Virus record (IMG/VR): IMGVR_UViG_3300029305_003192
Direction: 5' to 3' (one strand)
Source of the DNA: a virus
Taxonomy: Duplodnaviria; Caudoviricetes
Length of the DNA: 64,000 nt
The notes under the pieces were generated by a model. It worked only from the letters and a program-made list of their open reading frames with translations, ran no database searches and was not told the origin of the DNA. Below, in pieces: positions 39,524 through 47,770 of this stretch. Position numbers and translations under genes: made by a program. Each line of letters opens with the position of its first letter. Position 1 is the first letter of the stretch.

Positions 39524-39653
39524 AATTACCTCAACTTTCTACCACTTTATCGTGGCGGTCAAAATGATTTATTTAGAAGGCCGTATTACCTTCTATCTTA
39601 CTAATATGATATATATGCCATATATACGGAAATCACGGTGCATAGAAATACCC
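39524..39653 (-). promoter_or_regulatory. Cassette promoter plus leader, copy 3
   Basis: 55/57 identity to 5976-6032; leader AGAAGG/CCTTCT stem and CCAC-loop-GTGG before AGAAAG. Confidence 0.75.
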
Positions 39654-39695
39654 CCATTACCTATTATAGGTAATGGGGGTATTTAATATTCATAT

Positions 39696-39956
39696 TTATT
39701 TCTCAAGCATGATCTTCTGACCATCACTGAGCTCTATGAGGAATGTCGCAGGCGCATTTTCGGATTCATTATCAGGAAAACTTACTACCGTCATAGTTTT
39801 AATCTCTTCGGGAATTAGTTGTATTGCCTGACAGAAGCGAGTGAAGTTATTGTAGTTATCACCAAGCAACTTTTCGCATTTCTCGAAATCGAACGAACCT
39901 CCCGACCTCGTGAGCTCGGTGAATACATCGATGCGATCAATTTTCTTCTTGGACAT
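39696..39956 (-). CDS. Hypothetical protein
   Basis: 86 aa; SD GAAAGAGG. Confidence 0.75.
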   Translation of the reverse strand: MSKKKIDRIDVFTELTRSGGSFDFEKCEKLLGDNYNNFTRFCQAIQLIPEEIKTMTVVSFPDNESENAPATFLIELSDGQKIMLEK

Positions 39957-39981
39957 CGGTTTCTACCTCTTTCACTAAGTA

Positions 39982-40167
39982 TTATGGGGACTGTCCTGTA
40001 AGAGCTGCTGCGAGAGCTGATGCCGCGTCATCAGCCCCGCCGTTAGCTTTCTTACGTTTAATACGGAGCTCTCTCAAGTATCCGATTTCTTTATATGTCA
40101 TCTTGAGTATTTGATCGATTGTAAGCTCTCCTTTGAAAAGGCTTAGCATCTCCTCAACGGTGGTCAT
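39982..40167 (-). CDS. Small protein, possible baseplate/tail assembly factor
   Basis: 61 aa; LTIDQILKMTYKEI..L pattern directly after the hub-chaperone-like gene. Confidence 0.5.
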   Translation of the reverse strand: MTTVEEMLSLFKGELTIDQILKMTYKEIGYLRELRIKRKKANGGADDAASALAAALTGQSP

Positions 40168-40175
40168 AGATTGCT

Positions 40176-41807
40176 TTAGTAAGTTATCTCCGCCTCGATA
40201 CTGCGGTGACGGAGAAAAACCAGCTGTGGAATGTTGAGGTTAAGAGGCTGTACATTGCCACAGTTTGGACACTTAGTCATGATAGTGAATGTTGGATTGT
40301 AATTCTTCTTATCAAGTGTGATATTGATAATAGCACGCTCAGTCTCAACGATTGTACGATAGTACTCGATGATTTCATCGATATCGGTGAGCTTGATGTA
40401 GCAGTCCTTACCATTATCATCTACTCCATCATATACATAGATTTCACGTGTCCACATTGCGTATACGTTGATGTAGTATTCAGGGTCATCTGTTTCCATG
40501 TTAGTTGCACTGAGTGTTGTAAGTGCATCATTGATGGTTGGAGCCGCGAATGTGTATACGTTCTTTGTGAATGTAGAACGAGCCTTGAAGGAGATGATAG
40601 TGTCATCACAAACTACCTTCATGCGGTCAAGGTCATCCTTAGCATCGAGAATGCGGTTGAGGATTTCCTTCTGAGTATCATCGATATCATCATACTTGAT
40701 GATAGACTTGGAGTTATATGTAGCTTCGAACTGCTTGCCACGACGACGTTCAGCCGGTGGGAGTGAATCAACACACTTTCTGGAGAAGCAGTTGAAAGCG
40801 GATGTGATCATTTCTGTAGAAGATGCTACATAGATAGCATAAAGACCAGTATCAACGTCATCGAAACGGAACCAGTTACAGAAATCTTCGAAGGTCATGA
40901 TAAGGTTACCTTCGACATCATACTTGTTTCTTGTGGTGGAGTTGTTGAAGTTGTCGTAAAGGAACTGAGCCTTCTTCTGGAGGAGAGAAATGTCAGATTC
41001 TGTAGATTCACCATTCTCATCAACTTCACCAATTACAGCATTTGTAAGCTGGAAGATGTTAGCACCATTAAAGGTAGCAAAGTCTCTTGTATTGTACATT
41101 GGGAGACCGTAATGTGAGAGACTGCAAGATGCTCTGTGGATAACCTTGAACTTCTCATCTCTCTGAACTTCACGTACGTTGAGAGTTTCGAGTTCCTGGT
41201 TATTAACAACCACAAGACGAATCTTCTCTGTACGCATGAGCTTAGCTTCCTGCTCAGGAGTAAACTCGATCTTGGAAGCGTCGCCAGCAGCAACCTCGAT
41301 GTTTACAATCTCTGGGTGTTCATTATAGTAGCTCTGCTTCTCTTCTTCAACCTGTCTGTTGAGACGGTTTCTTGCAGCTTTGTCTGCTTCGTTTGGGGAA
41401 AGACCTTCATTAACGATGAGATTCTTTCTGTATTCCATAATCTCAGCAGCGAGCTTAGAGGACACTTCATCATAGTGAGCTGGGTCCTTAGACTTAACAC
41501 CCTTAAGGGCATCTTCGATAACCTTGTTATAGTTATCGAAAGCGGATTCTTCAGTTGTATCCTTTGCGTTCAGATCAGCACCGACGATGATAGCATCTTC
41601 ATCATCTTCATCATCGTCGATGTCAGATGTGTCCATTGTGATAGCACCTGTTGCATAGTCGGGCTCATCATCAGGAACTGTATCAGCAGGAGCCTGTGTA
41701 AGCTCCTCCATATCTTCTTCTGTAACAGCGAGTGGGTCATTCTCTGGCATAGTTACGTCAGTAGCACCCTGTGCGAACTGACTAATAGCACTCTGTGGGA
41801 TATTCAT
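40176..41807 (-). CDS. Probable baseplate hub assembly chaperone (T4 gp26-like C-terminal domain)
   Basis: Acidic N-terminus; internal CxxxxC and terminal KCPNCG...LVF; SD AGGAGG. Confidence 0.55.
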   Translation of the reverse strand: MNIPQSAISQFAQGATDVTMPENDPLAVTEEDMEELTQAPADTVPDDEPDYATGAITMDTSDIDDDEDDEDAIIVGADLNAKDTTEESAFDNYNKVIEDALKGVKSKDPAHYDEVSSKLAAEIMEYRKNLIVNEGLSPNEADKAARNRLNRQVEEEKQSYYNEHPEIVNIEVAAGDASKIEFTPEQEAKLMRTEKIRLVVVNNQELETLNVREVQRDEKFKVIHRASCSLSHYGLPMYNTRDFATFNGANIFQLTNAVIGEVDENGESTESDISLLQKKAQFLYDNFNNSTTRNKYDVEGNLIMTFEDFCNWFRFDDVDTGLYAIYVASSTEMITSAFNCFSRKCVDSLPPAERRRGKQFEATYNSKSIIKYDDIDDTQKEILNRILDAKDDLDRMKVVCDDTIISFKARSTFTKNVYTFAAPTINDALTTLSATNMETDDPEYYINVYAMWTREIYVYDGVDDNGKDCYIKLTDIDEIIEYYRTIVETERAIINITLDKKNYNPTFTIMTKCPNCGNVQPLNLNIPQLVFLRHRSIEAEITY

Positions 41808-41828
41808 TGTAGATTCCTCCTATTGAAA

Positions 41829-42260
41829 TTATTTCTCATCAAATTTAGATATGATGTATGTAAGAATTTGGTCACCTTCAGTTATATCGATGGTTCGATA
41901 TGTGATTACCGAACCCTCTATGAAGCCAACGAGAATGCGTATTACATGTATATTACGCTCTTCCCAATAAAATGTGGTCAACTTAAGTGTTCCTATTGGT
42001 ATATCAGCCAAGTATTGTGCACACTGTCCTCTGATTTCACTTTCGAGTTCCGACATACCGCTCATGAGCTCTTCGAATTTATACATGGAGATATGTACTC
42101 CAGCATTAGGCTCATCACTATATGTACCTTTCTCAAGGAATATCAGTTCACATATAAGTCTTATCCACATATCGGCATTAACTGTTTCTTTCGGTGAACC
42201 GAAATCACCGACTTCAAAAGTCGGTTCCTTAACTACTGTAGAGGTAGTTGATGCGGCCAT
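41829..42260 (-). CDS. Probable gp25-like baseplate wedge protein
   Basis: LIFLEKGTYSDEPNAGV motif; 143 aa; gene context. Confidence 0.55.
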   Translation of the reverse strand: MAASTTSTVVKEPTFEVGDFGSPKETVNADMWIRLICELIFLEKGTYSDEPNAGVHISMYKFEELMSGMSELESEIRGQCAQYLADIPIGTLKLTTFYWEERNIHVIRILVGFIEGSVITYRTIDITEGDQILTYIISKFDEK

Positions 42261-42354
42261 AATGGACGTTCTCCTTTCTTTCGAAGTCTATTTTACATCT
42301 CTGTAATAATAGCTAAAAAAATATCCGGTTTACCGAAAGGTAAACCGGGTGTTG

Positions 42355-42822
42355 TTATTTCTTATCGTCGTTATCTTCTTTCTTTTCTTCATCCTCTTCG
42401 CGGGATTCTTCCAACTCTTCCAGAAGCTTAGTAATGTCCTTAATTTCATGCATACCCTTAGTAACGGTCTTGAAGAGAATCATCGTATTCTTAAATGACA
42501 AGAAGAATCGAGTGATATCATCTCCCAGAGCACCAAGTATTACTGCAATGCACAGGTATACTTCCTCAGGACCCTTATCTGCAAATAGCGTATGAACGAT
42601 AGTAATTATGATAGTTGGAAAGATTGCACTTACCACAGTAGTGGCAATTATGACACCAATCTTATGCTTTTTCTTTCGCTTACCAGTAGAAGGTGGTGCG
42701 TTCTTTATGAATTGTGACACGGCCGATCCCAGTAAGCATGGTATGAAATGAATCAGTGTAAGCATAAGAAAGTGACCAAGTGTGATTACTTCAGAAGGGA
42801 TTTCCATGTGTTTCACCACCAT
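42355..42822 (-). CDS. Holin-like membrane protein
   Basis: Three TM segments and a highly charged C-terminus; in a late operon. Confidence 0.5.
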   Translation of the reverse strand: MVVKHMEIPSEVITLGHFLMLTLIHFIPCLLGSAVSQFIKNAPPSTGKRKKKHKIGVIIATTVVSAIFPTIIITIVHTLFADKGPEEVYLCIAVILGALGDDITRFFLSFKNTMILFKTVTKGMHEIKDITKLLEELEESREEDEEKKEDNDDKK

Positions 42823-42842
42823 TTCTTATATGATTGTAGATA

Positions 42843-44177
42843 TTAACTGTCGGCAGGAGTAACATAGCCGTGCTTAGTCGCAGGGTCAATCGTCTGCTGG
42901 TCAGTTTTCGGATAGTACTTCTCCAGCTTCTTGCTGTTGAGGTAGTTGAGGTTAACGTAAATGATGAGACGGTATGTTGCGTATGGGTCGCTCTTATGTA
43001 TCGTGATATCCATCGTATTCCAGTTGATATCCCAATCCAGCGATGGGTCCAAATCATATGTCTCTTTAATAAGCTTGGCCCTAAATAACAGTGTTACCGG
43101 ATTCTCATGAGCTAAGTAATCCAGATATATCTGATAGTCCTCATCGCTTAAGAAAGGTTTGATATTGAATGAGTCATCCTGACCATCTTTATCCTTATCA
43201 GTACGGATAATGGCATTTGTATACTGACTGAATCCTTCCAGTTCCATATTCCTATCTATACCCATGAAGTTGAATGTAAAGATTGGAATGTAAGCCTGAC
43301 TGTTCATAGGCTCGTCTATAAAGTGAATACACGATTGTATCTTATTACGAATAGCGTCACAACCGTACAGATAGTAATTGGCCAACATATTGAAATCGCA
43401 TGTCGCTTTGAATGTTACAACGGAAGTATCCTCGATCATGTTCTTCTTCTCAGCCTCACTTACTGATAAGTCGGTGAATACTGTAAGGATATTCTGTAAG
43501 TAATATATGAAGAATTCATCTACGCTAGACGCATTATTCATCATATATGTTATTGGATATGACGACTGTGCCCTTATATAACGCAGGAATGCAGATACAC
43601 CATTAGCGTCATCCATTTGTATTCCGACATACCGAGCAATGGTACGGAGTATATTACGAGGAATCAGTGACTCGAGTGGTGTATGGATATATCTTGGAAC
43701 ATCCCATGGCAGTGTATTCTTAAGATAATGGTAGATATCATATCCGGCATATGAAGTACTGAGCTGGAGTTCTATATCGAATGTCAATCTATAACGATTG
43801 ATTCGAAATCCTACACCAAAACCACGCCTCTTATCCTGAATAAATTCCTGTATATCGTTACCTGGACCAAGCACCGCACCATCATAATTAGTGAAGTGTG
43901 TACCGCAAAGAAACAGGTCGTCGTTAGGTCCAACTATTTCGAGAGTTGGTCTAATAATCATACAGGGCTTCTGCTTTCTCTGTATGTCATTAGTAGCAAG
44001 AGTTGCCTTTCTATGTTTCTGAAAGTGTCTATATGCTACACGGGTAGATATAGAGCTATCTTTAAGAAAGTCTTTAGGGAGCATACCTTTGAGGTGAACC
44101 TCGAGAGCTTTAGCCACATTACCGTATACATGAGCAATGGATGATGTAGCCTCAGAGAAGATATGGTCCATTTGCAT
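42843..44177 (-). CDS. Late virion structural protein (neck/tail completion-like)
   Basis: 444 aa; AACA-N6-TA at 44208; KP.MIIRP motif, beta-rich. Confidence 0.5.
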   Translation of the reverse strand: MQMDHIFSEATSSIAHVYGNVAKALEVHLKGMLPKDFLKDSSISTRVAYRHFQKHRKATLATNDIQRKQKPCMIIRPTLEIVGPNDDLFLCGTHFTNYDGAVLGPGNDIQEFIQDKRRGFGVGFRINRYRLTFDIELQLSTSYAGYDIYHYLKNTLPWDVPRYIHTPLESLIPRNILRTIARYVGIQMDDANGVSAFLRYIRAQSSYPITYMMNNASSVDEFFIYYLQNILTVFTDLSVSEAEKKNMIEDTSVVTFKATCDFNMLANYYLYGCDAIRNKIQSCIHFIDEPMNSQAYIPIFTFNFMGIDRNMELEGFSQYTNAIIRTDKDKDGQDDSFNIKPFLSDEDYQIYLDYLAHENPVTLLFRAKLIKETYDLDPSLDWDINWNTMDITIHKSDPYATYRLIIYVNLNYLNSKKLEKYYPKTDQQTIDPATKHGYVTPADS

Positions 44178-44286
44178 AATAACTCACCTCGCTTTAGTCT
44201 AAGTGATTATACTGCTGTTTCGACCAAATACTACCCTCGGTCCATACAAAAAAATATAGCCACGTGCATATGCACGTGGCTATATG

Positions 44287-44739
44287 TCAGTCATTTAACC
44301 AGAATATGTGAGTATTAGCATCCGATATTTCTTCAATGGCTATAAGCATTGTCTCGGTGAAGTATAAAGCATCGTGCATATGCTTCATTAATCTTCTTAT
44401 GGTGAGTTTAGTAGCTTCATCTGAAAATATGTTCGATCTGAGCATCTCGCGAGCCCTATCTTCATGAACTATCTTAACGGTCATAGTATTGTCTTCGTAC
44501 TCATCGACAGGATAGAATATAACGAATTTTGTACCACTATATATCACTATTAGTGGTATTATCACTCCGTTGTATATGAACGCATTGCCGTCTTGAGTAA
44601 CCCCGAAGTAGTTCAGAATATTGTTGACCGTATCCATATCATCGATAGTAATTGTACCGTTAGTGATGTTTTCTACTAACTCATACATTAATTCTTGCAT
44701 TGCTTTGATAGATAGTCTATTGCTATTTTCTGTACTCAT
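44287..44739 (-). CDS. Hypothetical protein
   Basis: Start at 44739 after GGGAGG; 32-bp perfect palindrome at 44254-44285 downstream. Confidence 0.75.
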   Translation of the reverse strand: MSTENSNRLSIKAMQELMYELVENITNGTITIDDMDTVNNILNYFGVTQDGNAFIYNGVIIPLIVIYSGTKFVIFYPVDEYEDNTMTVKIVHEDRAREMLRSNIFSDEATKLTIRRLMKHMHDALYFTETMLIAIEEISDANTHIFWLND

Positions 44740-44875
44740 AAAATAAACCTCCCTAGTTATAACAATTAAAATATACCCGTAACGCCATGAAGACGTTACG
44801 GGCAAAGCAGAAAGGAGTCACACCGGTTATGGGTCAACCCAGTGTGGTATATCTGAAATACGGGAAACTGCTGAA

Positions 44876-45583
44876 TTAGTCAAGATACTTCTTACGTCTT
44901 GGCTGGTATGCCGGACGGTATCTTTCGAGATTACCATTGTTGATAGAAGCATAATACTTCTTAACAATGAAGCCTGTAAGGTTACGGTAACGGCGTCTAT
45001 CAGCCTTACCTGTGAGAACATCGATTGGGTTCTCGTTATCATACAGGTTGGAGATGATAACCTCTACAGGTTTGTTGCACTTGTTCTGTGGGTTATTCTC
45101 GTTATACTTCACGTTTCTTGCATCGAAGAGAAGTGTGAAGATTTTGTTAGGATCGAGCAGTACGATGATATACTTACCCTTCTTACCAAGCTCGTTGAGA
45201 GGCTTGTCCTTATCACCCTGAATACCGTACATGTTTACGAACTTCTTGAAGTCCTCATTGTACTGTGGGATACCGTCGACGAATACGTTGTCCTTACCAA
45301 CCACGTTCTGTACGATGTTAGTATTGGACTTAGGTACCCATACCTGGAAGGATGTCTGGAATGCTCTGCGGTTCTGCTTGGATTCTGTATCGTACTCTGA
45401 GTTCTTATCATCAACCCAGGTATCGATCTTGACAGTGAATTCACCATCAATATAAGTTGCAGCAAGTGCAGTGATATTCTTTTCAACGTCTTCCTTGCTG
45501 ATAGTAAATGCTGCCATTGTAAGCGGACAGCCACATGTGTTGTATGCGAGAACGTCACATACGTTGTTATTTGCGTTTGACAT
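44876..45583 (-). CDS. Hypothetical protein, codon usage of a highly expressed gene
   Basis: 235 aa; SD AAGGAGG; basic C-terminus. Confidence 0.8.
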   Translation of the reverse strand: MSNANNNVCDVLAYNTCGCPLTMAAFTISKEDVEKNITALAATYIDGEFTVKIDTWVDDKNSEYDTESKQNRRAFQTSFQVWVPKSNTNIVQNVVGKDNVFVDGIPQYNEDFKKFVNMYGIQGDKDKPLNELGKKGKYIIVLLDPNKIFTLLFDARNVKYNENNPQNKCNKPVEVIISNLYDNENPIDVLTGKADRRRYRNLTGFIVKKYYASINNGNLERYRPAYQPRRKKYLD

Positions 45584-45658
45584 TTGAGCTTCCTCCTTGA
45601 AATTATTGTTAGTTCTTTAATACCGTTAAATGTATTAATGACGTTATTCTCTCCATCA

Positions 45659-46501
45659 TTAATTCATAATGTCTGAGAGCTTATCGTTATACATCTCTAG
45701 GGTCCCAGCCACTTTAGGTCCCCAGCTCTCATCACAATAGATAGGTCCTATCTCATATAGAGTTTCATATCCCTTATCTATGTACGAGTTCCTGAGTAGT
45801 TCAGCAGTGTATCTATAGCACTCAGCAACACTGTCGAATTCTCTAGGATAATCACCATCCATTATACCGCATGCATTATTGGCATTACGATATTCCATAG
45901 GCCAGTCTTCAGAGTCACATAATCCAGACTCCCATGTTGATATTGCGAGTATTGTTGTCGCTGATATTCCATACTCATCCTCTATAGCTATAAGCTCATC
46001 TACAGCTAGTGCTACTGGATGGTCTGGCGAATACTCGCGGTATCGTCGTTCTATAGACCACTGAATTAGTTCCAACAGATGCTCTCGAGATGCACCCGTT
46101 ACATTCTGAATGTCGTTCCGGTCCATAGATAATTGTGCCACCTGTGGAGTAGTTTGATGTGATGCATAAACTTGAGTATCAGCTACTTGTCTTTCAATAG
46201 TCAGATTGTCAATATCCTCAAGTTCTTTTCGCATCGCTTCGATGGTATCCTTCATGCGGTCATTCTCAGATATCAAGTACTCGACTTCTTCATTGAGATT
46301 GTCGTTATTGGCCTGTAATAATTCCATCTCAGCCTGAACTTCAATCATCTCATTATGAATTCGTCGAGTCTCCGATATAACCGCTATTATCAGAAAAGCT
46401 ACAGAGACTATGATGACCATCCACGTTACTATCATAGTTAACATGGAGTCAAACTTAGCCACCCGCTTCTTCTCTGATTCTAAATCAGTCTTTATCTTCA
46501 T
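45659..46501 (-). CDS. Membrane-anchored glucosaminidase/lysozyme-fold peptidoglycan hydrolase
   Basis: TM + coiled coil + LAISTWESG, NNACGI, FDSV.E, Y...G..TL.EIG.IYC; start at 46501 after AAAGGAGGTG; early-type promoter. Confidence 0.8.
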   Translation of the reverse strand: MKIKTDLESEKKRVAKFDSMLTMIVTWMVIIVSVAFLIIAVISETRRIHNEMIEVQAEMELLQANNDNLNEEVEYLISENDRMKDTIEAMRKELEDIDNLTIERQVADTQVYASHQTTPQVAQLSMDRNDIQNVTGASREHLLELIQWSIERRYREYSPDHPVALAVDELIAIEDEYGISATTILAISTWESGLCDSEDWPMEYRNANNACGIMDGDYPREFDSVAECYRYTAELLRNSYIDKGYETLYEIGPIYCDESWGPKVAGTLEMYNDKLSDIMN

Positions 46502-46552
46502 CGGTTTTTTCACCTCCTTTCGCAGTATTATCATATATACTTCTTCAAATAA

Positions 46553-46856
46553 TAAAAAAGTCCCCCATATGAGCATAGACGGGCTCATATGGGGGTATAT
46601 ATAAAAACAAAACAAGAGGCACTGAATAACCAAACTTGTTTATTAGAATTATCATTCGCAGCTTATTGTGTATCCTTATGTCCTATGATAATTAAAAAAG
46701 TACTAGAGGAGGCACCAGCTGGAACTAGTGCCTCATATGTACCAATTTCATAGGAGGATCAACAATAAGCAGGAACTTCCCGGCACTATTGCACCAGGTC
46801 TTCAAGCAAATTGCAAATGAAGAATCAAACGCACTCGCAATCAGCAGAGGACGTCT
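46553..46856 (-). ncRNA. Candidate ~300-nt structured ncRNA
   Basis: AACA-N6-TA at 46856-46867; G-U-containing hairpins on the minus strand; long stem 46661-46771; own terminator at 46553-46594; no ORF. Confidence 0.55.
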
Positions 46857-46870
46857 ATATATTTGTTGTA

Positions 46871-47752
46871 TTAGAAAAGGTCTTCTAACGGATCGAAATC
46901 GTCGGATTCATATATCTCCTCATGTGCTGATTTCATTGCCACGGAAACTTCATCTTCAAAATAGTATTCGACGATGGATTCCATAGCAGGGTCGAAGTCT
47001 TCGTCACACATATGAATTATTGAATCGAGGGCGAGTGATTGCTGATACTTCTTCTTAGCCTCGAGCTTCATAACCTTCTTATCTTTGCCCTTCTCTTCAG
47101 CTTTGGCAATCTTACGATCAAGTTTCTTAATCTCAGCTTCGCCAACAGAACGCAGCCATGTATTGATTGTATTTACGGCAGCTGCGCAAATACCAGGTTT
47201 ATTCAACTGGGATACAAGGTCATTTTCATGACTGAAGCCCCTGAAGTTATCCGAAAGGTATTTGAGAATCTTAATCTTATCTTCGAGTTTTCCGACCTTC
47301 TTATCCTTACCTTTAGCCTTAGACTTTTCAATCTTCTTCTCAAGGCGTCTTACTGTATTATCAATAACTGCAGGGCTTGTAATAGCAAGACAGATGAGAG
47401 ATACAATTACGCCATTCGCTAATGTGATCGGGAGTACCCCAAGACTAGCCATAAATCTTGTTGTTGCAACTCCCAACTTAGATACAGTTGCTCCATTTAA
47501 TGCTGCAAGACTAACGCCCAGTTGTGTCATTACACCCGTATTATACCCATGCAAGATTACCATGTGTAAGAAGGCTGGGATGGTTCTGATAGCACGAGCT
47601 TCTTTTTCACTCCTTGCCGCTTCGGTAGCGGAGAAGTCATAAATACCCTCAATACCCAAGATACTTTCCATTGCAGACATTTCTGTAGCAGTAAGGTCGG
47701 TATCATCAATACCGTAATCGATGTCATCGAAAATATCTTCAAATAATTCCAT
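46871..47752 (-). CDS. Probable internal head protein with protease-processed acidic propeptide
   Basis: Acidic ends with ATE/AME motifs; duplicated K..K.KGKDKKV.KLE.K unit; hydrophobic core. Confidence 0.6.
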   Translation of the reverse strand: MELFEDIFDDIDYGIDDTDLTATEMSAMESILGIEGIYDFSATEAARSEKEARAIRTIPAFLHMVILHGYNTGVMTQLGVSLAALNGATVSKLGVATTRFMASLGVLPITLANGVIVSLICLAITSPAVIDNTVRRLEKKIEKSKAKGKDKKVGKLEDKIKILKYLSDNFRGFSHENDLVSQLNKPGICAAAVNTINTWLRSVGEAEIKKLDRKIAKAEEKGKDKKVMKLEAKKKYQQSLALDSIIHMCDEDFDPAMESIVEYYFEDEVSVAMKSAHEEIYESDDFDPLEDLF

Positions 47753-47770
47753 TTATATCATTCCTTTCGT

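Noticed and set aside
41136-42197. 353-aa + strand ORF
   Set aside because: Antisense shadow of the 40176 and 41829 genes; no SD; composition reflects codon bias of the real strand.
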